A stretch of DNA of 64,000 nt from a virus (Duplodnaviria; Caudoviricetes). Shown piece by piece: positions 41,413 through 52,061 of this stretch. Below the pieces are notes generated by a model. That model was not told the DNA's origin. It saw only the letters and a program-made list of their open reading frames with translations, and made no database searches. How positions within the stretch are numbered: position 1 is the stretch's first letter; each line of letters starts with the position of its first letter. Location: IMG/VR virus record IMGVR_UViG_2588253764_000003, one strand, 5' to 3'. The translations under genes were made by a program, and so were the position numbers.

Positions 41413-41436
41413 GGGGCGCCCCCGCCGCGCCCGCGC
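41413..41436 (-). repeat. GC hairpin inter-cassette repeat
   Basis: Same core as 40558-40579. Confidence 0.8.
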
Positions 41437-41441
41437 GTTAT

Positions 41442-42173
41442 TTACGCAGCATCATTTTCATATTCGCTATCATCGTCATAATACCATTCACAATCAGCAT
41501 AATACTCATGACGGTAATAATCATCTTCACTTCCAAATTCTGGATATGCCTCATCCCAAATATGATCATCAGCAGTTAAAGAGGCAGCGCTATGAACATA
41601 AGAATCGCCAGAGATAAGAGCCCCACAAACCACAGCATCATCAAAAACACGCGAGCCATCACAAATATGAGCAGCGCCGCTTATTTTAGCATTGCCCCCG
41701 ACATGAGCATCATCACAAATAACGGCATCATCACAAATATGAGCATGATTAGTGACGCGGGCGTTATCATAAATTTTAGCATTACCTTCAATTACAACGG
41801 CATTGCTAACATGAGCATTGCCATAAAGCTTTGCATTGTCCTTTAATAACATGCCTTCAAAAATAGCATTACCATAAATTCTTGCATTACCACAAACATC
41901 AACAAAAAAGCTTTTTACTTTAGCATTGCCTGAAACCCTTGCATTTTGAAAGACGCGCGCTTTGTCATACACCCAGCAATTGCCTTTGTGAGATAAGTTA
42001 CTTTCGTTTTCAATATACCCCCCAAGATCGCCCGCTTTGACATCACCAAAATCTCTTAAAGCACGTATACGGTATAATATGAGACCAGTCACAAAATCCA
42101 TTTCGCCAGTAAACTCATATTTTTTAGATGTTTTTTTCTTATTAACGGGGGTAATTTTTGATATATTTTTCAT
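41442..42173 (-). CDS. YdcK-like hexapeptide-repeat protein (array 1, gene 1), acidic aromatic tail
   Basis: Head plus repeats; tail EDDYYRHEYYADCEWYYDDDSEYENDAA. Confidence 0.85.
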   Translation of the reverse strand: MKNISKITPVNKKKTSKKYEFTGEMDFVTGLILYRIRALRDFGDVKAGDLGGYIENESNLSHKGNCWVYDKARVFQNARVSGNAKVKSFFVDVCGNARIYGNAIFEGMLLKDNAKLYGNAHVSNAVVIEGNAKIYDNARVTNHAHICDDAVICDDAHVGGNAKISGAAHICDGSRVFDDAVVCGALISGDSYVHSAASLTADDHIWDEAYPEFGSEDDYYRHEYYADCEWYYDDDSEYENDAA

Positions 42174-42223
42174 AATTAAAGCCTTGATGTTAATATTGTT
42201 TTGAAATTGACACCCTATAAGGG

Positions 42224-42306
42224 TGTCGGGCGTTCAAAACACGGCATCAAGTCCGTCGTTACACTTTTCTCATAAAGAGTATTGTATGGTGTAACCACAC
42301 CCGACA
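42224..42306 (-). ncRNA. C4-like antisense RNA (copy 4), leader of array 1
   Basis: CUUGAUG and GUUUUGA complementary to CATCAAG and TCAAAAC at 42386-42406 and 42183-42205. Confidence 0.7.
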
Positions 42307-42944
42307 TAATCGTTATATGCTAATGTTAGCATAAAAGAAAGCCAGTATTTTAAGAAATGGGAAAGGTTGTTTCGTAACCTACCCGCTTGATGTTTAAGTG
42401 TTTTGATCACTTGATTATTTATATAACAAAATACGTATTTATTGTCAAATAATATTCTATCTTTTTTGATATTTTTTTGTATTTTTTTAGATACGTTGTG
42501 TATTGATAATATCTTATGCTTCTGAATTGCTTCTTTTATATTTATGTGCTTTTAAAGCTATATTATGGGCTTTCTGAAATGATTGAGTTATGTTTTGAAT
42601 CTATACATTTATAATATTTAGAAACGCTCTTATAATGCGTATTTTTATCTTTATAACCTATCAATTTTTTCACTAAATGAATTTTAATTTTTTTGTGAAT
42701 TTCTTTTATAACGCATTTGCAACTTAACAGCTTTTTATAGGGACCGTCTTTATAATCAATGATTTCATTTGCATTATGATTGTAAAACCTTCTTTATAAC
42801 TGTTATCTGTTTTATAGCCATCGCATCATTTTTCATTTTCATAAGAGAAACAATAAATAGGATAATTGCGATTTATAGACTGTTATGAAAATATCTAAAG
42901 AGAGATTGATAATTATAGAGATTAGAAAAATCCCTTTTAATAGG

Positions 42945-43445
42945 CTTTTGTCAGTTGTGTCAGTTTTGTCAGTTCTTTTTAGACCCTCTATTATTTTTTT
43001 AAATGAGAAAAATTAAAAACATTATATATCAATATGTTAATATCTTTAAAACATAACTCATATCAAGAGTACAATCTTTAAAGATAACCCATGATGTGAA
43101 TTGATTAAAACCTGTCAGTTATGTGTCAGTAAATTGAACCGACAAATTAGATTATTTTAGTAAGTCATTAAAACGTGTCTTATGAAAAGTGTATGACCTT
43201 TTAAAACCTTTCAAAAGATAGCTTGTAACTCATAAGAGATGCTATCAAGATCATTAGGTTATGAGTTTTGACGGGGTTTTGAGTTTTGAGGGTTGCTGCT
43301 ATTATGTAAAAAAACGATAAAAATAAAAACATTATATTTCAATGGATTAATATTTTATAGACCTTAAAAAAACAACTCATATTGATAATACAACCTCTAA
43401 ATTCAACCAATAATATACGTTTTGAGGGGGTTTTGACGGTTTTTA
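42945..43445. repeat. Iteron-like TGTCAGTT and TTTTGA(C/G)GG repeats (putative island origin)
   Basis: Clustered direct and inverted copies; conserved in island 2 (~60470-61075); reverse-oriented AAAACCCC repeats at ~49040-49210. Confidence 0.5.
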
Positions 43446-43787
43446 CACCTTCAAAACCTATAAGTAATATAAGAAAATGAATATACATAACTCTCTTTAA
43501 ACAAAGCTTTTGAAAACAATAAAGCACTCATTTTAGATTACGGTATAATCTCTTAAAGGCAATGTAAAAAAATCTAATTTTATTTAAGATGGGGTTTCTT
43601 AAAAGTCTTAAAGCAATCCAAAGTAGAGTATCTAAAAGTGCAAATGATTTCTTTTTAGAATAACGCATATAAACACTCCTTTTAAAGATTAGATGTAAGC
43701 AATTTATAAAGGGGGTATAGATTATGGTTATAAGCTCTATACCCCTTATGCGTTTATCATACCCATTATGTGAGCATGCTTTATAAG

Positions 43788-46700
43788 TTATTCAGTTTCT
43801 CTTAATACCAAATTTGGTAAGTTTTTTACGATTTTCATTGTTTCTAAACTTACGGTAATAACCTTTTGAAATAACTCTAGAGGGTAGGCAGGGTTGCCAA
43901 CGGTTTCAACAGCATAGCGATTGGCATCATTAACAATACCACTCTTTTTATCAGTCTTTACACATTGACGTCCCATAACCCATTCAAGAGCGGGTTTACC
44001 ATTGACGATATACTTATAAGCTTCAAGAGGGATATCTGTTATTGTGATATTGCTATTATAAATAACAGTGGTTTTATCTTTCTCTTTACCTGCTTTTGCG
44101 AATTTCATTTCAGTTACATAATAGAATTTTTCGGGATTAGAGATCTCTGTTTGTTTTGGATTGCCCTTTTTAAAGGTCACTGGATAAGGCTCTACATCTT
44201 CATAATTCACGTGCAGATGACCCAATTTACGCCCTGCTGTTACAAATTTCCAAAAATCATCAGCATTCTTTACACAAGGGATACGAGGTAATTCTTTAGA
44301 GAGGTTATCAGCATAACGAGAGCGATAATCTTTTGAATGAAGTAAACCGTAAACATAATAGAATAGATCATCTTTAGTGATAGTCTCATTAGGATAAGCG
44401 GCTTTAAAATGTGCTAATCCTTCATCAGTAATGGCATCACGCTTCTGTAAACCAGCTGTTGTGTTTGCTTCTGTAAATAAATGGGATTGGTTTTCACTTT
44501 TACTTTTTGAAACCGAAGTGTCTTCGTAAATATAACGTGGAAAACATTGACCACTCTCTATTGTAGTAAGATTAGGTATACTTTTAGCCATCAAAACAGA
44601 AAAACCACTTCTTGCGCCTATACCTGTAACTTGTATTACCTTATTTTCGACTACTTGCCCCATCGGAAATATACGCGGCATTTGGTAAGTTCTTTCATTA
44701 AAAATACGATTGTAATAGAGCCATTGCTTTGTAAAGGGACGATAAAGACTTTGAACTGAACAATTACTTTCAAATTCGGAAACTTTTCCTCTTACAAACT
44801 CTTCTTTTAGACTACTACTCCAACTGATTTTTTTAGCATCAACGTTAACAAAATTGTCTACAGCATTTTTACGTATCCTGCTATCAACATGCCCATAAGC
44901 ATTATTAAAACGTTCTACTTCACTATTATAGAAAGCAATCGTATTAGTCATATTTTTTGCTAAAACTTTACGGCTTGAATTGTACGCCCAAGCATCACGA
45001 TTGGTTGAAACTCCAAGAGAAAAATTTTCAAAAAGTTTTTTACCATGACCTTTTTTAACACCTAGAGCTAAGAACGCTTTGAAATTTTCATCACGTTGAT
45101 GAATCCAATCACCATGTTCATCCGGCGTAATTGTTTGCCATTTTTGTTTACGCGTAATGCCATCAATACTACCAAAGAACTTGATTATCTTAAGTTTTTT
45201 TGTAGTAGAAAGATTATCTCCAATGTCATGATAGTAAATTTTACAATCTCCAGAAACACTAGGATTTTTGATAAATAGTGTCACAGCAATACCGGTCATA
45301 CTTCCATTGCAAAAAATATTTTCTCCTTCTTGAGCAGTTCCATTGCTTAACATATTTTTACGTATATCCCCTCGTAAATTAAGCACATAAATACTTGTAA
45401 ATTCTTTGGCTAAAGATTTTCGTAAGCCAGCCATTGTCGACTTTTCTATATAACCAGAGCCAGAAACAAAGCCGATTACCCCAGCATTCTCAATACGGTC
45501 GCTTGCCCAGCGTATAGCACGAATATAACTGTCATATAACTTTTGCGTACTAGTTGCTCTAGATTGAGCGGCGTAAGTTTCACCGATACGTTTATTTAAT
45601 ATGGGATAGGGAGTATTCTTTGCATTATCATTTTCATTTTTTTGTCCTACGGAATAAGGGGGGTTACCAAAGATAACTTTAATATTTAGATTTTTCTGAA
45701 GTTCCAAATATTCACTGTTTTCTTTAAACAATTCCTGTAGCAGATTTTTCTCTTCAAGCATCCGAAATGTATCAGTCAAACCAATATGCTTGAAAGGGAT
45801 ATACTCACCTTTCATAAGACTATGATAAGTCGATTCAATGTTAATGGCTGCTATGTAATAGGCAAGCAAAACAATCTCATTGGCATGGATATCATGACGG
45901 AACTTATATTCCATATCCTCTGGTTTGATAAGATCTGATTGTAATAGCCTTGTGATAAAGGTTCCTGTACCTGTAAAAGGGTCAAGAATAGAGACACCCC
46001 GTGAACCAAGGCTTTTTCCAAATTCATTCCGCAATACATCATCAACAGAATGAATGATAAAATCAACAACCTTAACGGGCGTATAAACAATTCCAAGCTT
46101 ATCCGTGGTTTTTTTAAATGCCTTGGCAAAAAAGCTTTCATAAAGTTTGATAATAAGATTCTGTTTTGCATGAGTTTCCGTAATGCCTGCTGTACAGAAC
46201 GTGACACTTTTGTAAAATTTATCAAGATCTTTCGTTTTCTCTTCGATATTGGTTTTATCCAGTTCCGTTAAGATCTTATCCATAGCTTGCGAAATGGCAT
46301 TGTTCTGTACAAATTCATTACCGTCAAATAAAGCTTCAAACACGGGACGCGTGACAAGATGTTGGGCTAACATCTCAATCGCTTCCTCTTTTTTGATTTC
46401 ACTGTTGACGTTGTTCTTTAATTCCTTATGAAAGGCATCAAAAGCATGAAAGGCTTCACTCTTTTCATCGGAAATCATATCTTTAAGATGATTGATATGG
46501 TTTTGAGCAATCTCAGCAACATTGTTCGCCCATATGCCCCAATAATCCGTGATTTTAAAACTATCCAGAAAAATGGCTTTGACAAAATCAAAAAATTCAG
46601 AACGGCGGAATAAGTCTCCTTGTCCTCCAGATACCGGTTGAGATTTTCTTTCTGCTGTTCCAATGGTATGCCCAGAACTTTCTGTTTTTGATGGTATCGA

Positions 46701-48746
46701 GATCTCATCAACCGTTGTGGTAAGCTCTTTTAATTCATTGGCACGCTTAATTTCTATAATCTCAATCGTATGGCTGCTATCTTGTCCTAAAGACATTTGA
46801 TTAATCGTCCGTGCAAGTCTCTCATCATGAGAATGTAAAGCATCCAAAACTTGCCAAACAACACGGTATCTCTTATTGTTTTTTAAAGCCTTTTTGGCTT
46901 CTAAGTGTGAAGGAATGATAATAGGTAAAATGATATAGCCCGTTTTCTTATTTGGAGCACGACGCATCACACGCCCCACCGCCTGTATCACATCCACTTG
47001 GCTATTGCGCGGGTGTAAAAACATGATGGCATCAAGAGCAGGGACATCAATCCCTTCAGACAGACACCGAACATTGCTTAAAATCCGACAAACGTTTTGA
47101 CCCGTATCTTCTTTAAGCCAATCCAATTCCTCATTGCGTTTTTTGACGCTTTGCGTTCCGTCGATATGTCTTACTTCACAGTTCAAAAAAGGAACGGTTT
47201 GAAGGAAATCATCAATATGAGATTTGATAATTTTATTGAAGAGCTTTGTAATATATTGAGAGGTGTTGATATCTTTGCAAAAAGCTAAAGCACATTGCAT
47301 GGGCTCTGTATCATCATCATCGATAGCTGCTTGCTTATCTATTTTAGTCAGTGCTCTATAACAGCCAATAATTTTTGCCGCATCATCTAAATCAATTTCA
47401 CGGTTTTCATTGGCAATAATCTCCTGTATGGCTGGTGTGATATAGGTTTCATTAATACCCAAGACCACAATCTTGTAAGGAGTTAAAAGTTCATTATCGA
47501 CAGCTTCCGCGAAGGTATAATGATGGAGTTGTTTTCCAAAAAGCGTTTCGTCATCCATAGATGCGAGAACGGCATTAATCTCATCAGCGCGCCTTTTGGC
47601 AGTGTCACTAAAGATACGAGGCGTTGCTGTCATATACAAACGTTTCTTGCCTCGAATAATGCTGTTATCGTGAACCTTGATAAATTCGGATTCATTGTCT
47701 TCATTTCCCAATGAAGCCCCAGTGGTTCTATGCGCTTCATCGCAAATGATCAGATCAAATTCGGGTAAACCATGATCCTTTTGCGCATCCGAAATCACTT
47801 GGATAGAATGGTAAGTTGAAAAGACCACGGTCATTGCATCGGCTAGGTTTTCGCAAGCTTCTTTGGCAAGGGCTTGTGCATCTGTGGTAGCAGGGAGAAC
47901 AAGATCTGATGTTTCCATGCCAACGATATCCTCTTGGTTTTTACGACGCTTGCCTACTTTCGTATCCGAACACACCGCAAAGGAACGCAACGAGATTTGT
48001 GCATCGGCTGTCCATTCACGGATTGTTTGCGAGACTAAAGCCAGAGAAGGAACCAAAAACAAAACACGCTTGCCTTTCCCAGCAAGGGTTTCTGCTATCT
48101 TCAAACTGGTGAAAGTCTTCCCCGTACCACATGCCATGATCAGCTTGCCACGGTCTGCTTCTTTTAAACCTTCACAGACTTTCTTGATGGCTTCTTCTTG
48201 ATGGGGACGAGGCTTTTTTGTTGATTTCAGAACCACTTCTTTTTTTGTTGCAAATATTTGCCAATCTATCCGACTGTTTTCCATATGACGAAGGTCAATG
48301 CGATAAATGGGTATCGCTTGTCCTTTAATCATGGCATTCACATTGTCACTTAATTCCACTTCCGTGCTGTCAACGAGAAGACGATATTTAAAGATGTCTT
48401 TTCCAGATGCCGCGATAAAGCTATCAATATCCTTTTTACTGATCTGATGATCTGCTTGATAAAACTTACATTGAATAGCGACATAGCCCTCTTGATGACG
48501 AAGCTTGGCAACCAGATCAATGCCGATATCATTTTTATTCCAATCTTCACGTTCTTTCGCCCATTCATAATAGCTCTCAACTTTTTCATATCGCCCATAA
48601 TGGAGAGGGTCATGCATAAGATATTTTGTCACAAAATCTTCAAACACTTTCCCCCGTAGAGCATTTGATGTTGCCTGTTCACGATAGGATTGTAAAAGGG
48701 AGCGTAAAGTGACGTGTTCATGATCAGAGTTAACATATTGCAGCAT
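43788..48746 (-). CDS. Type ISP restriction-modification enzyme (Mrr-like nuclease + SF2 helicase + N6A methylase + TRD)
   Basis: GIDLVA..AIQCKFY, MACGTGKT, ICDEAH, MTATP, QAVGRVMR, LDPFTGTG, GNPPY; LlaGI/LlaBIII architecture. Confidence 0.92.
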   Translation of the reverse strand: MLQYVNSDHEHVTLRSLLQSYREQATSNALRGKVFEDFVTKYLMHDPLHYGRYEKVESYYEWAKEREDWNKNDIGIDLVAKLRHQEGYVAIQCKFYQADHQISKKDIDSFIAASGKDIFKYRLLVDSTEVELSDNVNAMIKGQAIPIYRIDLRHMENSRIDWQIFATKKEVVLKSTKKPRPHQEEAIKKVCEGLKEADRGKLIMACGTGKTFTSLKIAETLAGKGKRVLFLVPSLALVSQTIREWTADAQISLRSFAVCSDTKVGKRRKNQEDIVGMETSDLVLPATTDAQALAKEACENLADAMTVVFSTYHSIQVISDAQKDHGLPEFDLIICDEAHRTTGASLGNEDNESEFIKVHDNSIIRGKKRLYMTATPRIFSDTAKRRADEINAVLASMDDETLFGKQLHHYTFAEAVDNELLTPYKIVVLGINETYITPAIQEIIANENREIDLDDAAKIIGCYRALTKIDKQAAIDDDDTEPMQCALAFCKDINTSQYITKLFNKIIKSHIDDFLQTVPFLNCEVRHIDGTQSVKKRNEELDWLKEDTGQNVCRILSNVRCLSEGIDVPALDAIMFLHPRNSQVDVIQAVGRVMRRAPNKKTGYIILPIIIPSHLEAKKALKNNKRYRVVWQVLDALHSHDERLARTINQMSLGQDSSHTIEIIEIKRANELKELTTTVDEISIPSKTESSGHTIGTAERKSQPVSGGQGDLFRRSEFFDFVKAIFLDSFKITDYWGIWANNVAEIAQNHINHLKDMISDEKSEAFHAFDAFHKELKNNVNSEIKKEEAIEMLAQHLVTRPVFEALFDGNEFVQNNAISQAMDKILTELDKTNIEEKTKDLDKFYKSVTFCTAGITETHAKQNLIIKLYESFFAKAFKKTTDKLGIVYTPVKVVDFIIHSVDDVLRNEFGKSLGSRGVSILDPFTGTGTFITRLLQSDLIKPEDMEYKFRHDIHANEIVLLAYYIAAINIESTYHSLMKGEYIPFKHIGLTDTFRMLEEKNLLQELFKENSEYLELQKNLNIKVIFGNPPYSVGQKNENDNAKNTPYPILNKRIGETYAAQSRATSTQKLYDSYIRAIRWASDRIENAGVIGFVSGSGYIEKSTMAGLRKSLAKEFTSIYVLNLRGDIRKNMLSNGTAQEGENIFCNGSMTGIAVTLFIKNPSVSGDCKIYYHDIGDNLSTTKKLKIIKFFGSIDGITRKQKWQTITPDEHGDWIHQRDENFKAFLALGVKKGHGKKLFENFSLGVSTNRDAWAYNSSRKVLAKNMTNTIAFYNSEVERFNNAYGHVDSRIRKNAVDNFVNVDAKKISWSSSLKEEFVRGKVSEFESNCSVQSLYRPFTKQWLYYNRIFNERTYQMPRIFPMGQVVENKVIQVTGIGARSGFSVLMAKSIPNLTTIESGQCFPRYIYEDTSVSKSKSENQSHLFTEANTTAGLQKRDAITDEGLAHFKAAYPNETITKDDLFYYVYGLLHSKDYRSRYADNLSKELPRIPCVKNADDFWKFVTAGRKLGHLHVNYEDVEPYPVTFKKGNPKQTEISNPEKFYYVTEMKFAKAGKEKDKTTVIYNSNITITDIPLEAYKYIVNGKPALEWVMGRQCVKTDKKSGIVNDANRYAVETVGNPAYPLELFQKVITVSLETMKIVKNLPNLVLRETE

Positions 48747-49277
48747 ATTATAACAGAGCTCCGTTTTGGTATGAGAGGATTAATTCTTTTCAAAAGAATC
48801 AAAATGAAGCTTATTAAATCTATTTTGAACGAATTGAGAAAAAATGCAGAAAAATGCATAAAAACGGATAATTTTTTTTCAAAATGGTTTTTTAAAGGTT
48901 GTTTATCCACAGCTTATGACATGGAATAAGATCAGCAAAGTAGTAAAATTTGCTATTCGTTTCACGGGTTAATCAAGACAAATGCGCTATGGGCTTTAAA
49001 ATATCAGAATGAGTATTTTGATAGGTTTTGTCTGTTCTTAAAACCCCCAAAACCCCTACAAAACCCCTTTTTATATATATCATAGATTGTATTTACTGAT
49101 TGTATTTAATATAGGTTGTTTCTTTAAAACATTAACATATTGAAATATAATAACTTTTGTTTTTGTTTAAAAAAATAAAATAATACGTACAAAAAGCCCC
49201 CCCAAAACTCATAATGGGGAGTGCTTTGAAGAGTTCACTGTTATATTGTTAATGTTCTATAAGATTTCCAAATTGCC

Positions 49278-49710
49278 TCAGTGTGATGTTTTATGGCTTG
49301 TCACTAAGGGATTCCATTCATAGCGTATGGTAGGGCGACCGCCTTGTGAGCTCTTGTCTCCAGAGATTTCACGAATATAGTTACAACGGCATAAAAGCTC
49401 TAAAGCTTGCTTAACGGCTCCATTATCTTTGAAACATTTCCAATCACGTTTATAAATATCCCTTGTTGTAAAAACATCGGGTAAACAATCACAACGTTCG
49501 ACAATTAATTTTGCCCCCTCTGTTGCTAAGCTATCCGCCGCCGCATAGAGCCTTTTGACATGACTTAATAGATAACTTGTCCAACGCAAGGCTGTTGTGA
49601 TGGCATAGGGTCCAATTTCTAAACGACCACCGTCAAGAAGTTCAAAAATCAACGCAAGGCTTGCTATGGTCTTAGGCATTTTTAAAAGATGCGATTGTAA
49701 ACTTTCTGAG
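49278..49710 (-). pseudogene. C-terminal remnant of DUF3987/YfjI-like satellite replication protein
   Basis: SHL.KMPKT..SLALIF.L...YL.SH..RLY...GGRP...Y..NP; N-terminus absent. Confidence 0.65.
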
Positions 49711-50132
49711 TGAGCCCTCCATTATGATTTTTTATTAAAGGAAAAAAATAACAGTAATCATTTCAGATTTACACAATGAAAGAAAACTTTTTAGTTTTTC
49801 TGTTAGTGATGAAAATGTATTTCAAACAATAATGAGTATGTTTTCAATTAATTTAAGTGATCCATAATTACATTTCGAATACGAATTTGGTATATACAAA
49901 AATGACTTTAGACTTAGCTAAATATTGCTATGAAGAATACAAACAGAACTAAGAAAATGAGAAATAAAGATTTTTTTGATTTTATGAAGAAAGAAATAGC
50001 ATGACTAATATCCAGTAGAAATATTTCGTTTGGTAGTTTTGCCCTTCAAAAAAGCTATATAAACGAGAGATTTTCATTTAACCATTATTTTTAAAGATGT
50101 GTAAAAACCTTTGTTATAAGTACTTTATTGAG

Positions 50133-50555
50133 TTAGAAATCTATACCAATAGCTTTGGCTTGCATTTTTTCGTAGAGTTTTTGCATTGCCTTGATATTTT
50201 CTCTTCGCACATCAATAATCGATTTTTCAATAGATGTTAAACGCGCTTTGTCCAGATTTCCTAGTCGTGTATAATGGGATGCCATCGCTTTCCGTGCTTC
50301 ATCATAAGGCAATCCGCCTTTTCGGTGCTTTGATAGACTATGTCCCCTATTTATCGCATCATATTTCTCAGGATTGGAAACTAGTTTTATGTGATCCTTA
50401 ACAACACCTATTTCAATTAATGCTGTTTCAAGGCTACTAACCATAGCTTTACTATTAGCATACCGAAGCAAATCATCCTTTATAAAGTCACTTTCCGTAT
50501 CAATAAGCAATGGTAAATCACCATTTTTACCAACATCACGAATATGATCACACAA
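50133..50555 (-). CDS. Hypothetical protein (possibly 5'-truncated)
   Basis: 140 aa ORF downstream of 50650..50955. Confidence 0.55.
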   Translation of the reverse strand: MCDHIRDVGKNGDLPLLIDTESDFIKDDLLRYANSKAMVSSLETALIEIGVVKDHIKLVSNPEKYDAINRGHSLSKHRKGGLPYDEARKAMASHYTRLGNLDKARLTSIEKSIIDVRRENIKAMQKLYEKMQAKAIGIDF

Positions 50556-50649
50556 ATTATTTCGTACATTGTGTAATTTTTGAGATACTAATGTCTTTTC
50601 AAGGTCTTGTACTAGTACACTTTGTTGTAAAAAAAGCTTTTCTAATTTA

Positions 50650-50955
50650 TCAGAAATGATGACCTCCTATTACAACCCCTTTATCTAACCAGTCTGGACC
50701 ATATTCCTCATCAGCATTCTTTGTAGAAAAGCCCATATCACGAATAAATTGTGCTCCACGTTGATGTCTAAGATGTAAAAGTGCATGTGCTGGATATTCA
50801 GCCATTGCTAACCACTCCCACGTTGTTTTGCTATCATTCGCCTTAGAAGCTGCTTCTGCCTCGACCATATAGATACTGTTTTGAGGGAGACCACCTGCTC
50901 GTAACTCCTCACGTTCAGCATCAGTCATATAACTTTTGGGTAATTTCTTTTGCAT
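50650..50955 (-). CDS. Hypothetical protein
   Basis: 101 aa; AAGGA RBS. Confidence 0.65.
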   Translation of the reverse strand: MQKKLPKSYMTDAEREELRAGGLPQNSIYMVEAEAASKANDSKTTWEWLAMAEYPAHALLHLRHQRGAQFIRDMGFSTKNADEEYGPDWLDKGVVIGGHHF

Positions 50956-51162
50956 AGGAAATTCCTTTCTGTAATCTGTCTTAAAATACTAATCTAATGG
51001 TTAGATCTGATCAATCAAATTTCCTATGAATTTTTCAATTTGTTGTTGAAATTAAATAAAATATCTGTTTTTATCTTTGATCATTTTGATTTTTTGTATA
51101 AAAGAAAATTATCGTTTTTTCTGATACTAATGTATACACTTAATTGACGTTCTTTATTGCAC

Positions 51163-51420
51163 GTGACACAATTTTATGCATACTTACGGATTTCTCCTGA
51201 TGGACAAGATACAGAAAATCAAAAACTTGGATTGTTAGAATAAGCTAACAAAAATGGTTTTGCTTCACTCCATATTGAATAGAAACTGTAAATAGAAGGA
51301 AAGCTTAGTGCTTTAATCGAAAAAACAGAGCAGGGGATTGTTATTGACATTTGAGTTTTTTGTATAGCCGATTTTCTCTTAATGTTTTAGAACTTCTTAA
51401 AGATGTTAGTGAGCGTAATT
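51163..51420 (+). pseudogene. Serine recombinase (resolvase) N-terminal remnant
   Basis: FYAYLRISPDGQDTENQKLGLLE*ANKNGF with several stops. Confidence 0.65.
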
Positions 51421-51652
51421 TATAAGGTAAGCCAATTTATTAAGGGATAACAGCCTATCATCATGAGCAGGGCAATGAGCAAGTCCATAACGCCCATGCC
51501 AACCTCCACACAAGGCATGTGTAATACCCCGCGCATTCTTAAAAGAACACATCATTTTAAATCCTATAACGTTGCGTCACAGGACGGATTGTGCTAGCTC
51601 TAAGGTGATGAGTTTGAGAAAGCCTTGTCCGTCCTTACGTGACAAGGTTTTT

Positions 51653-51853
51653 TTATGCCACGTCGTTATAACGTTGCTGTTTCGCTTGTTCGATTACATT
51701 CAAGAGATCCGATTGTAACCAACGGGATAAAAAACCAAATTTTAAAGGTTTTGGGAGAGAGCCATTGGTAACATGACGGCGAAAAGTTGAGACACTCATA
51801 TGAAGCAATTTTGCACTTTCACGGTCTGTTAAAAGAATATCATTTTCTGTCAT
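51653..51853 (-). CDS. AlpA-family regulator/excisionase
   Basis: S.STF.R.V..G.LPKP.K.G..SRW. Confidence 0.85.
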   Translation of the reverse strand: MTENDILLTDRESAKLLHMSVSTFRRHVTNGSLPKPLKFGFLSRWLQSDLLNVIEQAKQQRYNDVA

Positions 51854-52061
51854 TCTAAAATCCTTTCATAATAAAAAATAGAACCAAATCATGCCTATTT
51901 ATTAAGCACATTTTGGTTCATTTTTGAAGGTATTTTATTTATAGAAAACAATATTTTATCATACAATTTCTGATGTGATAAATTATGAGTCTTATTGAGA
52001 AAGAATGAGAGAGAAGAGAGAGAAAGTTATCCACAGATCATGGGGTTATGCACCCCATATT

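Noticed and set aside
39890-41436. CRISPR array or classical integron reading of the GC repeats
   Set aside because: The spacers are whole 600-800 bp genes; no cas genes, no IntI-type integrase and no RYYYAAC/GTTRRRY attC ends are visible
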